From NCBI RefSeq assembly GCF_964355755.1, contig NC_092675.1:25764912-25828911 (forward strand): a stretch of 64,000 bases of DNA, read 5' to 3'. A program made the position numbers and the translations under genes. Within the stretch, counting starts at the first letter, position 1; each line of letters opens with the position of its first letter. Source of the DNA: Antedon mediterranea. Its lineage: Eukaryota > Animalia > Echinodermata. Below are positions 24,401 through 38,988 of the stretch, piece after piece. The notes below the pieces were generated by a model. That model was not told the origin of the DNA. It did no database searches and saw nothing but the letters and a program-made list of their open reading frames with translations.

Positions 24401-27400
24401 AAGAACAATAAATTATAGTATCGTCAGCATACATACTTATTTTACATTTGTTTACAACTTTCGATAGGTCATTTATATATAAGAGGAAAGCAAGTGGGCC
24501 CACGATTGACCCCTGAGGCACTCCACATTGGATGTGTGTATAGTCAGACAATGTATTATTTACATTTGTGAATTGCTTTCGCTCAGACAGATAGCTCTCG
24601 AACCATTTTAAAACATATTTACTTAAACCATAAAGTCTCAATTTGCTTAATAGTATGTTATGGTTTACCGTATCAAAGGCCTTTTTAAAATCTAGTAAAC
24701 AGATTCCGACCAGCTTACCCTCGTCTATTGCACTATACCAGTCTTCCGTCACTTTTGTAAGTGCAGTAGATGTTGAGTATGATGGTCGAAAACCTGATTG
24801 ATTTATACATAACAGATTATTATTATTCAAAAAAGCATAAAGTTGATTAAAAACGACTCGTTCAATTATTTTTGAAAGTATAGGTAGGACGGAAATGGGA
24901 CGATAATTATTAGGGTTAGTTTTTTCACCATTCTTAAAAATTGGCGTGACCTTTGCTATTTTCCACGTATTTGGGAATTTACATGTTGTGAAGGAGTGAT
25001 TTATGATTCTTGTAATTGTTGGGGATATAATCGGGGCAGACAGTTTTAGAATGCCCGGTGGTAAGTTATCATGACCAGTGGCTTTGTTTTTTGAAAGATT
25101 ACTTAAGTATTTATATACAAATTCACATGTGATGTGTTCGAATTCAAAATTATTTTCGGTGAAAGCATCGATTTCATCATAATTTATATCATTTATCGGC
25201 TCATGTATTTGTGATGCAAGATTTGAACCTATATTTGAGAAAAATGTATTAATTTCATTTGCGATGTCCTTAGCTTTATAGAGGACATCGCCATTATCAT
25301 TGCAAATTGTTTGAATAGTTTGAGTTTTCTTTTTTGACGATATAATATATCTTATGGTATCCCATGTTTTTTTTACATCGTTTTTATTTTCTTTTATACT
25401 TTCTTGAATAAAATTAGCTTTACTTTTACGTATTAATTTATTGCACATATTTCTATACTTTCTGTACCTTTTCCAGAGTGATTCATTTTTAGAATGTTTA
25501 CATTCTCTTTTGAGTTTATCTCTTTCTCTCATATTTTCAATTACATCATCAGAGAGCCAAGGAGCTGTTTTTTTACGTACCCTGTGTTTTTTCCAAGGAG
25601 CATGTTTATCTAAAATGTTGGTTAGTGTAGTTTCGAGAAGTTTGGCACTCTGACTTACGTCGCCACTGGCGGTAATACCATTCCAATTTACCATTAATAA
25701 ATCGTTTAAAAAACTGTCTTCATTAAATTTTTTAAAGTTTCGTGTCATTTTATAATTATGATCCTGTTTAATAATTTTATTTGTTTTATTGGAATCTTTA
25801 TTATTTTTCGCCCCTTTCCCTATTATAGCGAATGGCATTGAGTGGTCACTTAAGCCGACGTGGATAACTCCAGACTTTAATATTTTAGAAACATTTGAGA
25901 AATACATAACATCTATTAATGTAGAGGAATGTTTTTCTATACGTGTTGGTTCTTCAATGATCTGTTTTAGATTAAAATTTTCACTTAATTCAATTAGTTT
26001 CTTTGTGTAGCAATGTGGATTGTCAGACATAACGTCACAGTTTAAATCTCCCATCATCATAATATCTTTGTGTTCCAGTTCAATCTTTTGAAATATATTT
26101 TGTAAATATTCAAAAAGAACTGCTGTAGTATTTGGAGGTCTATACCACAATAGAACAATTAGATTTTTACATTTATCACGTACTATTTCAATAGATAGGA
26201 GTTCGAGTTCATTACACATTAGATCATTCCTGATTTTGTGGTTGGTTTTTAGGTTTATATAGAGTGCTACACCTCCACCTTTTTTAGTTTTACGTCTATC
26301 TAGTCTGTGTAATATATAATTGTCAACATGAAAATCTTCATCAATAAATGTATTATCTAGAAATGTTTCGCTTAAGCCAAAAACATTGAAATTGTTGTTA
26401 TTTAGAATACGTTGCAGTTCATCAAAATGTAAGTCTAGGCTACGTATATTTAAATGTGCAAATATAAAACCCTTTTGATTAAGTTCCTCAAATATATGAG
26501 GATCTTTTTTTACTATTTGGTTTATATCTGTTATTGTATTATTCCTATTATTTATAACATATGAGTGGTTATCATTAATTAATACATCATCTATGGCCTG
26601 GGAACATTCAGTAGTATTGTTAGTCTCTTTTTCGGACTCTGGCTTTAATGTACTTCTTAGACTCTTTGGTCAATTATTTCGTTCGTAATAATGAATGTGG
26701 TTGCAGCTTCTTGCTAGATATTTCAAACTTGGAGATACCGTAACTCTTCATACGATTGATAATATCATATCGATAGGCCACCTATACTATTTATTCGCAA
26801 GAGGTATGTATACATTACAGTGTACTTTAGAAAACCTTAATGGGATTACCTACAGTTATTAATAAACGCGAATGTGTCAACTCAAGTGGTTCGTCTGTTT
26901 TAAATAAATCAGCTTATAACCCGTCAGATTGAATAAGCCTTAAACTGTTTCTATATTCAATTATATTTACATTTGGTTAAGTGAGTTCTCTATATCATAT
27001 CCAAAAGAATAATTCACTTGTGTTCATTTTACTAAAAATATTTATGGAATATGAAAATATGATTCAATGCGTTATGATGCAGGAGTAAGTTATAATAAAC
27101 ATCGCGATCACCTTAGGGGTGACGCCTACTCAGAAGGGTGCTCACTCTTGTATGCTATTACGGACTAACACCCAATGCCCATCGGCTTACACCAACAAAT
27201 CAATGGCGGCTATGCTTTATTCAGTTTAATTGATTGACACATCGATCATAGAAAGTAAAAATAAAGCATGTCTTAAGGTGAACTATGCTTTATATTGGTG
27301 TGTTCGTGGTTAAATATCTGTCGACATACACAGCAATTATTAAAGCATAATTATGAATTCGGGGCAAAATTTGTAGACCTTATATACATGCGATTTCCTT

Positions 27401-30400
27401 GGATTCAGCTAGATAACTTACATGCATCTCCGATTGTCTCAACTTTGTATACGTCGTAGTTATCGATGATTGAGTCAAAGGTCACGTAAAGTTTGTTGAG
27501 AAGAGCAATGATCTCATACGGTGAACTGGAACTTGAAAGTTTCGTAAAACCAACTATATCACTGTAAGGGAAAACAGAAAATTAATAATATATTTTTATG
27601 AGGTTAGATCTTTTTTTTCTCAACTAAAATCAATGAGTGATAAAAGAAAGTATTTAAATTGGTATTCATAGCCTTAATCATTTTGCCAGTGCGTGACTTT
27701 AACACAATTCTCGTTAACTTACAAATCAGACTCCAGATTCATGCTTTGAATTTAAAAGTATGCTTTAAAACATTGAGTTATAATTAAAAAGATCTTTCCA
27801 ATCCTTCCTAATTATCCTAATATTTTAAACATAGAGAATGATCGTATGTATCTTCACATAGACTCACTATAGAAGAGTGAGATTACCATGAACTGATCAT
27901 AATTTAGAGTTTTCAGAGGCTTACATAATCTCCAGACTCATGCTTTGAATTTAAAAGTATACTTTAAAATATTTAGTAATAATTAAAAAGAACTTTCCCA
28001 TCGTTCCTAATTATCCAAGTATTTTAAACATAGAGAGTTATCGTATGTCTCTTCCCATAGACTCACCAGGGAAGAGTAACCACCATAAACTGACCATAAT
28101 TTGGAGTTTCAGAAATCTTACATAATCTTGCTTAAAGAAAAATATGTATACGGCATTATGGAATAAGGCATTGCTTCTTGATATCTCGTTGTACAAGTTG
28201 TTTAATAGTATTTAAACATTTTCAATAGCGTACCTGAAAAATATGGTGCAACCTTCAAAGGATTCTGCCGTTGCGCTTTTCCCACGTTTTAACTCGTCCG
28301 CTACAGACTTAGGAAGCATACCTGAGAGGAAAGGATAATTTAATTTTGTAAATCTAGATATTGATGACGTTAATTACATTAGTAAAAAGTATCGTAGATG
28401 GTTTTCTGATAATATTCAGTTTTGTCGTATGTCACTGAATGCTCTCATCCAGATATTCATATATTCTGTTTCCTTAGATTATTAACCCGATTTATGACTT
28501 TACTATATTTTGATTAAATTTATTCAATAATATTCATACTACAGTTGAGAATTTTAATATTTGATAAAGGTTAATACATTATTAGTAAAAAGGTAGAAAT
28601 TGTCTTTCTTTAAAGATATATTGTCCACTGAAAAAATAATTCTTAACAATTTTTTTTTAATATTCCATTTTAATGTAACATAATAGTTATCCACTTTGAC
28701 CAAAAATTGGATCAAAACAAAAGATGTATTTACCTGAAAATGGTTTTTGGTTGAATTTAACCATTTATTTTGTCATTTATACATGAAAACAAATAAACGG
28801 AAATATTTACGTAAAAGTGATTCACAATAAGTGTGATAAAGTATATGATAGTAGTTTAAATTCCAGACAAAATATCCTATAATGTACGAAGTAATTTAAG
28901 CTTCACATAATATTCATACAGTAGTTTATCTCGTTAAAACCACCTTTTACTGCCGCTAGCCTTTAATTACATCAAACCGGTTTATTATTCCAAAATATTC
29001 TGCTTCTATTAGTTTAGAGTTTTGGGAATTATTAATAAGGATTATTAATTTCGGCACTAATTACCAACTTGAAAGAAGTATAGAGCTTCATTGCGACATG
29101 AATATAAAGTGGCCAATAAATATTTTACAATGGAATTCTTAAAATAATTAACGCTGAAGAATATTTCAGTTAATGTGAACTTCCCTATACTAACAATTTT
29201 GTATTATTGCGCATGATACAATATAATATCATAAATGACCTATAATGAGTATTGTAGAAAGTAAAAGGCCTATATTTTATAATGATAATATCTAAAATTG
29301 CACTCTCGCCATTATGGCGACATCGCACATCGATTATTAATATATCAATTTAATTCTAATTTTAATGTTATACGCATTATAACTGTAACTCGTGTGTTGT
29401 CATAGCTACTTCACTTATTTAAGAACATTAATACAGAAGTGTCGACGGTTCTATTTGAAACTTAACGATATATATAACTACGATACAAGCATGCCAGTTG
29501 ACGACGAATACATAGGAGTATTTTATCGTTGTTAAAGATAGTTTACAAAGTTAAATTGCGTTCAATCTATAAGATAATAGTGTATACTATAGGAATACTT
29601 TTCTAGCATCGGAATTGGACTTATGATAATAAGAAACTTTTGATTTTGTACGGCCTAATAAGCAAACATAAGCATTAATTGTTTTGCCGTTAGTCCGGGA
29701 TATCGAGTGAGGGAAGCACACCCCAGTGTTCCCGCATGCGCACAATGAATTATTATAGTTCCTGATTCATAGGTCTCAAATAAAATAAAACGCACTCACT
29801 CATGTAATTTAATTTAATATTATGAAGTGTTAATTCTTCAGTAGATTATTAAGGTTTGGTAAAAGAACACAAAAATCCAATAACCTACTGTAAAGTAATC
29901 TGTCTGTCTTCTGTTTTTCGTGGATAAGATCTTGTGTTCGTTCGTTGACAAGGACCTCAAGATGTTTGGAATACTTCTCCATTAACTGCATCATCATATC
30001 GACAGGACTGAGTTTCGACGGATTAATAGTGTACAGAGTTTGCTTAATATGACTAAAGGTGGGTCTGGCTAAGGCTGAATCTTGCCAACAATTTGTAATC
30101 AACTGCATAGAAAAAAAAAATATCAAAAACATCAAACAATTACCTATACACATTTAACACAATGCATACAGTCTTAATTTTATTTTTGAAGCACGTTTAA
30201 AAAATGGTACATGATTTAACTAATATTTTTAACTAAAAATGAAAAGTTACAAAATGAAACTAAAAAACCCAAATTAAGTTATACGTTATAAATCAATATA
30301 ATTTTGAACAGATAAAACTAAAAATGAAAAGTTATTTAAAAAAAAATATTTAAAAGTCTCGTCACATGTTGGGATTTTTTCTAAGGATAAAATGAACTCT

Positions 30401-33400
30401 ACTCCCAAAGACTAATTGTAATAAGACTTGTTTATGTAGAGCATCTTGTGTATATGCTTGTCTTGTGAACCTCTGAGGGTCCCTAATGATCAGCAACTGC
30501 TGAATGGATTACCCTTATTAAATATGAAAAAAAAAAACAGATTGGTAGTAATAATACATTTCTCTAAAAATGTGATAATTGTATAATTATTGATTAAACT
30601 AGATATAGTAGTTAGTAGTCACAATTCGATATTTTTATTCGAAAATGTTTTCAATATTATATAACGTTGTATTATTAATTAATTAATTAATTACTCACCA
30701 AGTTAATTAAATCAAAATAATTAAATTATTCATTCAACTTATCATCGAATTGAAATTATCATTTAACATAGTAATAGCGAAGCAATTAAATTAAATCAAT
30801 TGCAAAGAAATTAAAAAAATCAACGGTTTGTGGTATCAATTCTGAAATATTGCGTTGATAAATGAAATCACGTGTAAATATTTAAAATTAATATTGTAAA
30901 TAATATATATATGAAATATTGAATAATTTATGAGGAAAAAATACAAGATTATCTTTATAATTTGGTTTTGCCAACTTTTTATAAGCAATATTCCCATGTG
31001 TGAACTGTAAATCCTGATGCAAAATAACGTCTAAAAAATATAGCCAATCAAAGACAGAAATGTTTATAGCCTAAATATCTTGAAGAAAATATCTTAAGGA
31101 TAAGAACTTAAAGGTTCTACGTAACTGATTTTTGATTAAACAATTTGTTATTCTCCTTCTGTCGTCCTGTTGGTGACGTAAGGTGGATGCCGAAGTTCGT
31201 ACTCAATAAGTGATACGAAAAGAATAATTTTTCTATCTAACATATCTAATGGTGTGTGATGTAAATTTTGAAAACCCGGAAAACATTCGTCAGAAATATT
31301 GTGACTATACTCTGTACCGATTATAAAATATTGCCGATATTGTAAAACACACATGACCCGATGCATCATTTTGCTAATTATGTGATAACTACACAACTAT
31401 CTGAACCCGAACGAAAAATATCGATAACACCTTTATTTATATATGAGGAATAATGTGTTTTTTTGTACTTGTATTAGCTTAAGGAAATGAGTTCCTTCAC
31501 AGCTAACGAAGAGTCTACCCGATGGCAGTTTATTCAGCTTTCTTGACTTTGTGTCAAAATATTGAATAACATTCAGATAACATAACTCCTTGAGAGACAC
31601 TCCTATTCAGAGGCACTTTCCCGTGGAGAAAAAGAGAAGGGCAATCTATAATCAACACTCGGTTAACCCATTATACTCAGGAGAAGTCTTTATTGTATAC
31701 TGAAAACAATTACCAACCTCTATATATTCTTTAGGACAAGGACAATGTTCATCATTGTTGTTTGATCTTGGTATATCTGCAAGATCAGGTAATTCAGGAC
31801 GCCATACTCCATTGATCTTTTCTAAATCTTCTGATTCATACGGCTCGCTTCTTGATGCAATCTCCACTAGTATTACAGCGTAGCTACAAAATAAGCAAAA
31901 CTGACGGTGTAATAACATGTCACCATACTGGATGAGAAAGAATTGGCAAAAGCGTTAAATATTTAAAAGATGGTGATGGAAATATTAAAATCATAGGATG
32001 GAAATGATGGTGAAGAAAAGTATTTTTTTGTGGCGATAAAAATATTTAAAACAATGTTTTATTATTAAAGATAGTATGATAGTGGTAACAGTTGAACTGA
32101 TAAATTTTAAATACCAATACAGAATAACATTCCATATTAACGATATCTATAACTTGATAAATGAAATTATTTGCTCAGCGCTGACGTTTTGTCCCACTCG
32201 ATTTTTTCTTCAAAATAATTCTCTATGTAAGTCTAGGCTGCCGAGTATTCGCTTAGATTTCGTCAGAGTTGGGCAGAAGATTTAACAGCTTAACTCTCTG
32301 ACCAAAAATTACTATTATTTCCTGTAGAAACAATCATAATTATACTACATCTCTAGAATAAAGTAGTAATTTTGATAATTAACACGCGTAAGGAAAAGTT
32401 AATGGTGATGATGAAAAATGATGATTAACTTTCTATTAAACAATGTATTAAATTACTTCGAAATCTCTTGTTTTGGATTAAATACAACTACTTTAAATTC
32501 ATTAAACAGTTTTTCTATTAAGCTCTATCTAACTGTCAAACAAATTTGACAACAAATGTGTCATGTGCCAAAATATGGTAGTGATATGATATCATTATTT
32601 CCATATATGGGCACAGTACATTTTGTTTGTCACATAAAGTTTGATAGTGTAGACAAAGTTTTAGACGTTACCATGTTTTGCTTACTTTTCCAAAATAGCG
32701 AAATTGTTTTTTCATAACGCGCCACTACCACTGGTTAGAAAACTGTGGAAGTGTGGAAACGACGCTATTAGAAAACTAGCATGTGGATAATGACTGCTTG
32801 ACGCAATAGCTGCGTATAGTTGCTTAAAATTAAAAGTACGCTACTCACCTGTATACATCAGTAGTGGGTGACTGTACAATGCCATGGCCATTGATGACCT
32901 CCGGTGGTAGATAAACACGTGCCACTTGGTCCTTATACGTTCTGTCAAATTCTTGATCTTCAACTTGACGAGTAAGGGGCATACCGTAATCTGAAAATAT
33001 GACCAAACAAGACTACAGCTTTATACTTCACATTATTCGGTAACATGATATTCGTCTACTTTGTAAATATCTGAATGTATTGAAAAAGAGAATGGGAAAC
33101 GTCCAGACGCCTTATAGAAGAAATTTCTTCCCGTTAAATCAAACTTTGAACAACTTACATACTGGCCTATCAACAATTTAGGAACTTATACATTTTTTTT
33201 CAAAGAACAGACAGTATAGCACTGATATAAAAGTGATTAATGGGGCCGAGTTGACTTGGGGCCGATTTGGCTTGGGACCGAGATGACCTGAGGCAGAGTT
33301 GACTTGAGGCCGACTTGACTTGGGGCCGAGTTGACCTTGGGCCGACTGGACGTGGTGCCGACTTGATTTTGGCCGAGACGGTTTAGGGCCGATTTTTCAG

Positions 33401-36400
33401 AAGAAATAACAGTGAATTATTATTTAGTTACAATGATAATCAAACACAGTTGATTCCTAACACACTTGACCTGATCTAATGGATTTTGCCGTAAGAAGTT
33501 CAAGATATTGGATAGTTAGTACTTTATTTAAGATTGATTCTGTGTCAGATGTCCAGAAAATAGCAGTATAGACGATATCCTTTATAAGCTTGCTAAGTGC
33601 ACAATTTGAAATTTCCAGATACAAGAAACGATAGCGTGGTCTTTATGACTACATGCTTTGGTACATATACATTGAAACTGTCTCTTAAACATTTTTGTTT
33701 GAAAAAAAACCCATCGTTATTGAGAACAAACCAAGACACTGGCTAAATTAAGCCCATTTATTAAGCTAGATCGACTGTTTCGTTTTTCTCTTTAAGCTAT
33801 TTGCCAATCAAATCAAACTCATTCATTCGATTTTTCTAAGTGGTAATCTTTCTTGTCAGCTTTCATCATAATGGACTTTCTGATAATTCAATCATACGTT
33901 TTCTCCAAGGACATTATGTATCAGCTTGTTCAATTTCAACTTAATACATTCTTTAAATTCGTCCACTTTGTTGTAAATTGGCAGAAATAATGTTATTGTG
34001 TACGGCGGTGAGTTCAAGAAATACGAATATAGGAGTCTACAGTTTGGTTGCGTTTTGCGTCAAACTGTCTATATATTTTAATGAATTTGAAGCAAACTTA
34101 TGCAAACTTGTTGTTATACAACCATTTACAGTTATCAGTACAGACTGCTAATGTTTTAATACGCGGATTTAAAACCCTGATAGGGTCTACTAAGGCTAAG
34201 GACAAGGGTAGAGGATCCTTGTAACATTCCCCAAAGATGTTCTTCGAAAGATAGGAAACTTTCTAAATGCGCATGATCTATACACGGAGAATATCAGCAT
34301 CTGTAGGCTATGGCTTAGTCCTACACAATTGTTCTGGAAAACACCAGAAGTTTCAATACACAATATATAAAATTGCATTTGGGCTAATGGAGAAGGAATC
34401 GTTTAGGACTTTTTGAAATCAGCTTTGAAAGTACCTACTCAACATATCAAGGTCATATTATGCACAGACATAGAAATACATGTAATATACTAATTTAATA
34501 ATAAGGCATAATAATTCTGAAACATGAATATTTATTAAATTAAATGAATTAACAATCACTGCATTTGAATTAATAAGGTATATATATTTCTATTTGTGAA
34601 ATGCGTATTTTAAGGAAACCCGAGAATGTTGGCTGTTGCACGTAAACAGTTTTAATTTTTGGATTATTGCATATTTAGACATATTGACGCTGTAGTTGTA
34701 CGCCATTCTGGCGACAAAGGTATTCATAACTATTTATTCATTATTCATTTTTATCATCGTTATGACTTACAAGATTACAATGAATGATATAACAATGTTA
34801 ACTGATTAATGTTATCAGACAGAGATGAATTAAGGTAGGGCTACATTATCTCTCTCTCTTGGACCAATAAACCGTTAAAGGAACATACAATCCTAGCCAT
34901 GCCTATAGCTAAGGATACTGTTAGTAATCATAACTATCTTTCGGACAAGACGTAAATCCAATTTTACAGTAACATTGCGAAATGTTGCAACATTGCTGTG
35001 GAACAATTGTTATGGAAGAGCTAACTACTGTACATGTGTCTCTCTGTCATATAAGAAAATTTAGGGTAATATGAATTAAAGTTTGCAATCAAACTATAGC
35101 TATACGCGAATGTAGCGATCTGCAATACTAACAGGTGCCCCTGAGTCTTTATATCCAATAATACCAGTGTTTTGTACTGAATAGTAATTGCACTTTAAGT
35201 TTCAAAACAATAATCCCATATAACCATAACGAAATGGCATATTATTAGTAATTGATTTAAATTTGTTGGTTGAAGTTGAAGCCGACTTATTCGGGTAAAC
35301 AGCTAAGCCTGAAATGGACACAGTGAATCGTGCTGAGCTAGATATATCCGTTTGTCAATTTTCAGGAAAGTGCGCCGTTATCAAACCATCGATTAAATAC
35401 CATTGTATTCCCTCATTAGTGTTTGTATTTATTTCTTATGTAACGTTTATATGTTCAGATTTATAGATGGTTTGTCGTGGCGCATAACTATTTATAACTT
35501 CCATTGCATTATATCATCATGTTGTAAATATTACATAATTTAATGAGTCTAATAACATTAGGTCTCTTAAGTTTAAATTACATGTTGACGTATGTGACCT
35601 TTCACATGATAATGTGTTTCTGTGGCTGAGTAAAGGAATCCCCGTGCATTTAACTATGCTTGGAACTCGAGCGAATAATTGAGTTGACTGGTGCAGTGAA
35701 ACAGCTAATTCCACGCATCATCAACTAATCCTAGATACATTAGAAAAGATTAATGTATCGACACATGTCACGTGGTTAGGACATAGTTTGGTGTCGCAGA
35801 CGGTAGTGTCCAGATTGATGTTGGATTCATTTAACTATCGTTCAGATCTAGTTGAACTCGTCAAACATAAAAGAAGCCGGTATCATAAACGGCATATCAA
35901 ATGATAGGAATCACTTACATTAGATAGTAGTAACTTTAATTTATGAGACTGTAACGGATTATTATTATAAACAAGCTGTTCTATTGCAAGTTTACATTGG
36001 TGATACGGTAAAGACGTTACACCATTTCTAACTTAATTACAATATCAATTAATTTGCTTGGATCTTGCTATTTTTGCTTTTTCTAACAAGTAAATAGCAG
36101 ATGAAGTTCTAAGAAAGGATGAAACAATTTGTTGTTGGAATCATTTATTACAAACCTGTGCAATATCATTACTCGTATACTAAATAGTATTTAGTGTCTA
36201 TATAAGCTTAATTATCTTGTCATTTGAATGAATCAATCACACGACCTCATTCCCCATAGGGACCCATGTTAATTTTGTGTGTAATTCAGTATACACTAAA
36301 TGTCAAAAACGTCATTATTTTTACAGATTCTCATTTATACGCCTTGGCAAAGTAAATCGAATGAAGATAAATGACAAGCCTAAAGATAAAGGCAGTATGG

Positions 36401-38951
36401 CTAGCCTCTCCTCACCAACATCACTTTCCCCCAGGCTTGATAATCATCATTATAGGTTCAAGTTCACTTTGATTTCTCTCAATTCTGTTTGTGTTTTTTT
36501 ACATTCAAAAATTAAACCGTGTTATTCATAAAAAAAAATCATATGTAGATTCCTATACTTTTCACCAGAGAAAATTTATATCATATTGCCATGCGTTTGC
36601 TAAAAGATGTTATATGCCTATAATGTTAGGCTATACTTTATCGTTTTTGCTTATTTTATTTGTCATTAAGATTCAGCCACCCACAGCATTGTCATTTTTT
36701 CATTAATTTACCTTTTGATAGGTAGATAAATACTTCTTATCTATTCTCGATATCTTGTACCTTACAGTATTCTACGGTTCTAAACCAACGATAATGACAA
36801 TGGTGTATCGATGACTCATAGTTATTACCGTTTATCCAAATGTCGATGAATTTACTTTTATGTCTCTTCTATCCTCTTGTCTTAATGATAATGTCACACC
36901 TTTCTAATGACGGGTGTTTAGAAGTATAGAATGGCGCCATTGTTTTTAATCCACTCTGTCTTAAAACGTGTTTATGCCATCAACGATATATTACTATTCA
37001 TTTCTTCACAATTGCATATACAGTAGTTCTATAAGCAAACTGCAACAACGCTTCGTCTCCAGTGGGCCAATTATAGGCCTACATTTATAAAGCATGGACT
37101 TTAGTTAAAGAAGACCATAAGTCCAGTTAATCGTTTCGCGCACTCTTCGTAATACAAATAAGATGGATAATTGTAGGAGAGGTATTTAATGATAGTAACA
37201 CGAGCATACAAGCACAATTCAGAGAGTATTTTCTACGTACCCATTCTTTTCTCTCTTATCTATCTTTAATTGATGATTTTTTTTACTATATATGTTGTAA
37301 ATGAATTGTATGCTCTTTAGATTTACAAGGATTACAGAAAACTTAACTTATAAACACTTTTCATTGAAGCAATTCCGAAGCACAAAGCGAACAGAACAGA
37401 AATGAATAATTCAGTACGTATGGATCATGTGCAGATTTATGACTTCAATTCTGAATTCAAGAATGAACAGACGTCCATTTTAATTCAATTCCACCTGTAT
37501 TAACCTTGCCAACCGACCTTCATTATGTTTTTTAAAACTATGTAATGCATTATTGTCTTAATATACACTATTATTATAAAACTCTTAAATAATATAGTTG
37601 TAGAACAGTATGCGTATACAAATGAATACTATCGTGTACATAGAAAAAAAATTGCCATACATGTAACATATTTGCATGTTAGGAACTAGTACTCCCTTCC
37701 ATTTTTAAATTAATTTACCTTATATAATTATTTACACTATCTTTTATTCACGATTGTTTAATTCTTTGTTAAATGATTCAAATTAATGTGGAGCATCTAA
37801 TCCACAGAATATAAATAGTTTAGGCGAGAAAGAGAGAAAACAAATTCGACTTATTGTTAGAAATGGCAGTACATTTATTTTGTTGACGATCATAAAATAA
37901 CGTTTACGAAAGTATATTTACCTGTGACTTTGACAACCCATCTGTCATCAACAACACAATTTGATGACGTCAACCGTCCGTGGTATATTTTATTCTGATG
38001 AAGGTAAGTCATAGCACGAGCTATGTCAGTACAGAAAGAAAATCTAAAAAAAACCAATTATTTCTAATTGAGGCTATACATTGAAAATAACTGAAAGAAT
38101 GTCTGCAAACAATCAAACAAGCCCTAAAACGAAAAAAGATAATTGAAGTATCGACAAATATCAAAGTCGTTAGCGTTCGGTCAAATAATCAACTGTATCT
38201 ACAGGTGTTATACTTCAGAGTACATAATATATTACATTTTTCATTCGCACGTTGCTTTTGAAATTGTATCGTCTGTCGTGATTTCCCGCCCAAGGCGAAA
38301 TAATTGCGACAAAATTCAGAAGTGAAATTAAGCTTTCAATACTAATCAACTCATATGGGAAGAAAATGTTAAAGGATGTACTAGTTATTACAAAGTTACC
38401 AATACAACACAACGCATTCTAATTTGGTGAATACAGTGTCAGAAATAAATTTTTTCTAAAGTTTGTAGGCCTAACGTAGAATTAAAATCCAACTACGTGT
38501 TTAAATTTATATTGTTCAATACAAAGGTTACGGGTTGCACTATTGATTTTAATCACGCTCTAATACATTAACCTTGGTAATTCACATAATTAAACTTTTT
38601 TACAGAGCAAACTTATTGATAAAATAGCATTAAGCCTAATAGGAATATAGTATTTTGTTTAAAAATAGTTAAATGCCCATTGAATCAACCGTGTGATAAC
38701 ACGATATTGGACATACAGTAATTGGCAAAGATTTCATACGACCAAAGTATTGATTATTTCGTTACCTGAAGCCCCAATTTAGTGGAATGTCTTCATTAAG
38801 AAGAACGTCTTGCACGCTTCCCTTTGGGCAGTACTCTGTTAAAATGGAAACATTTGGTACCTCGATGCAAGCTCCAATGAATTTACATAAATTGACATGC
38901 TGAACATCCCTATAAAAAGAAATATAGATATAGTATTTTAAGACGTTCTAC

Positions 38952-38988
<37 letters not shown>

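Noticed and set aside
30470-30540. Possible L2-type LINE 3' stem-loop tail (GGGTCCC...GATCAGC..GCTGAATGGATTACCCT..A-run)
   Set aside because: Too short and seen only once in this window, so it cannot be called with confidence.
33241-33395. CRISPR-like appearance of the repeat array
   Set aside because: Eukaryotic intron, contiguous degenerate units, no unique spacers and no cas genes.
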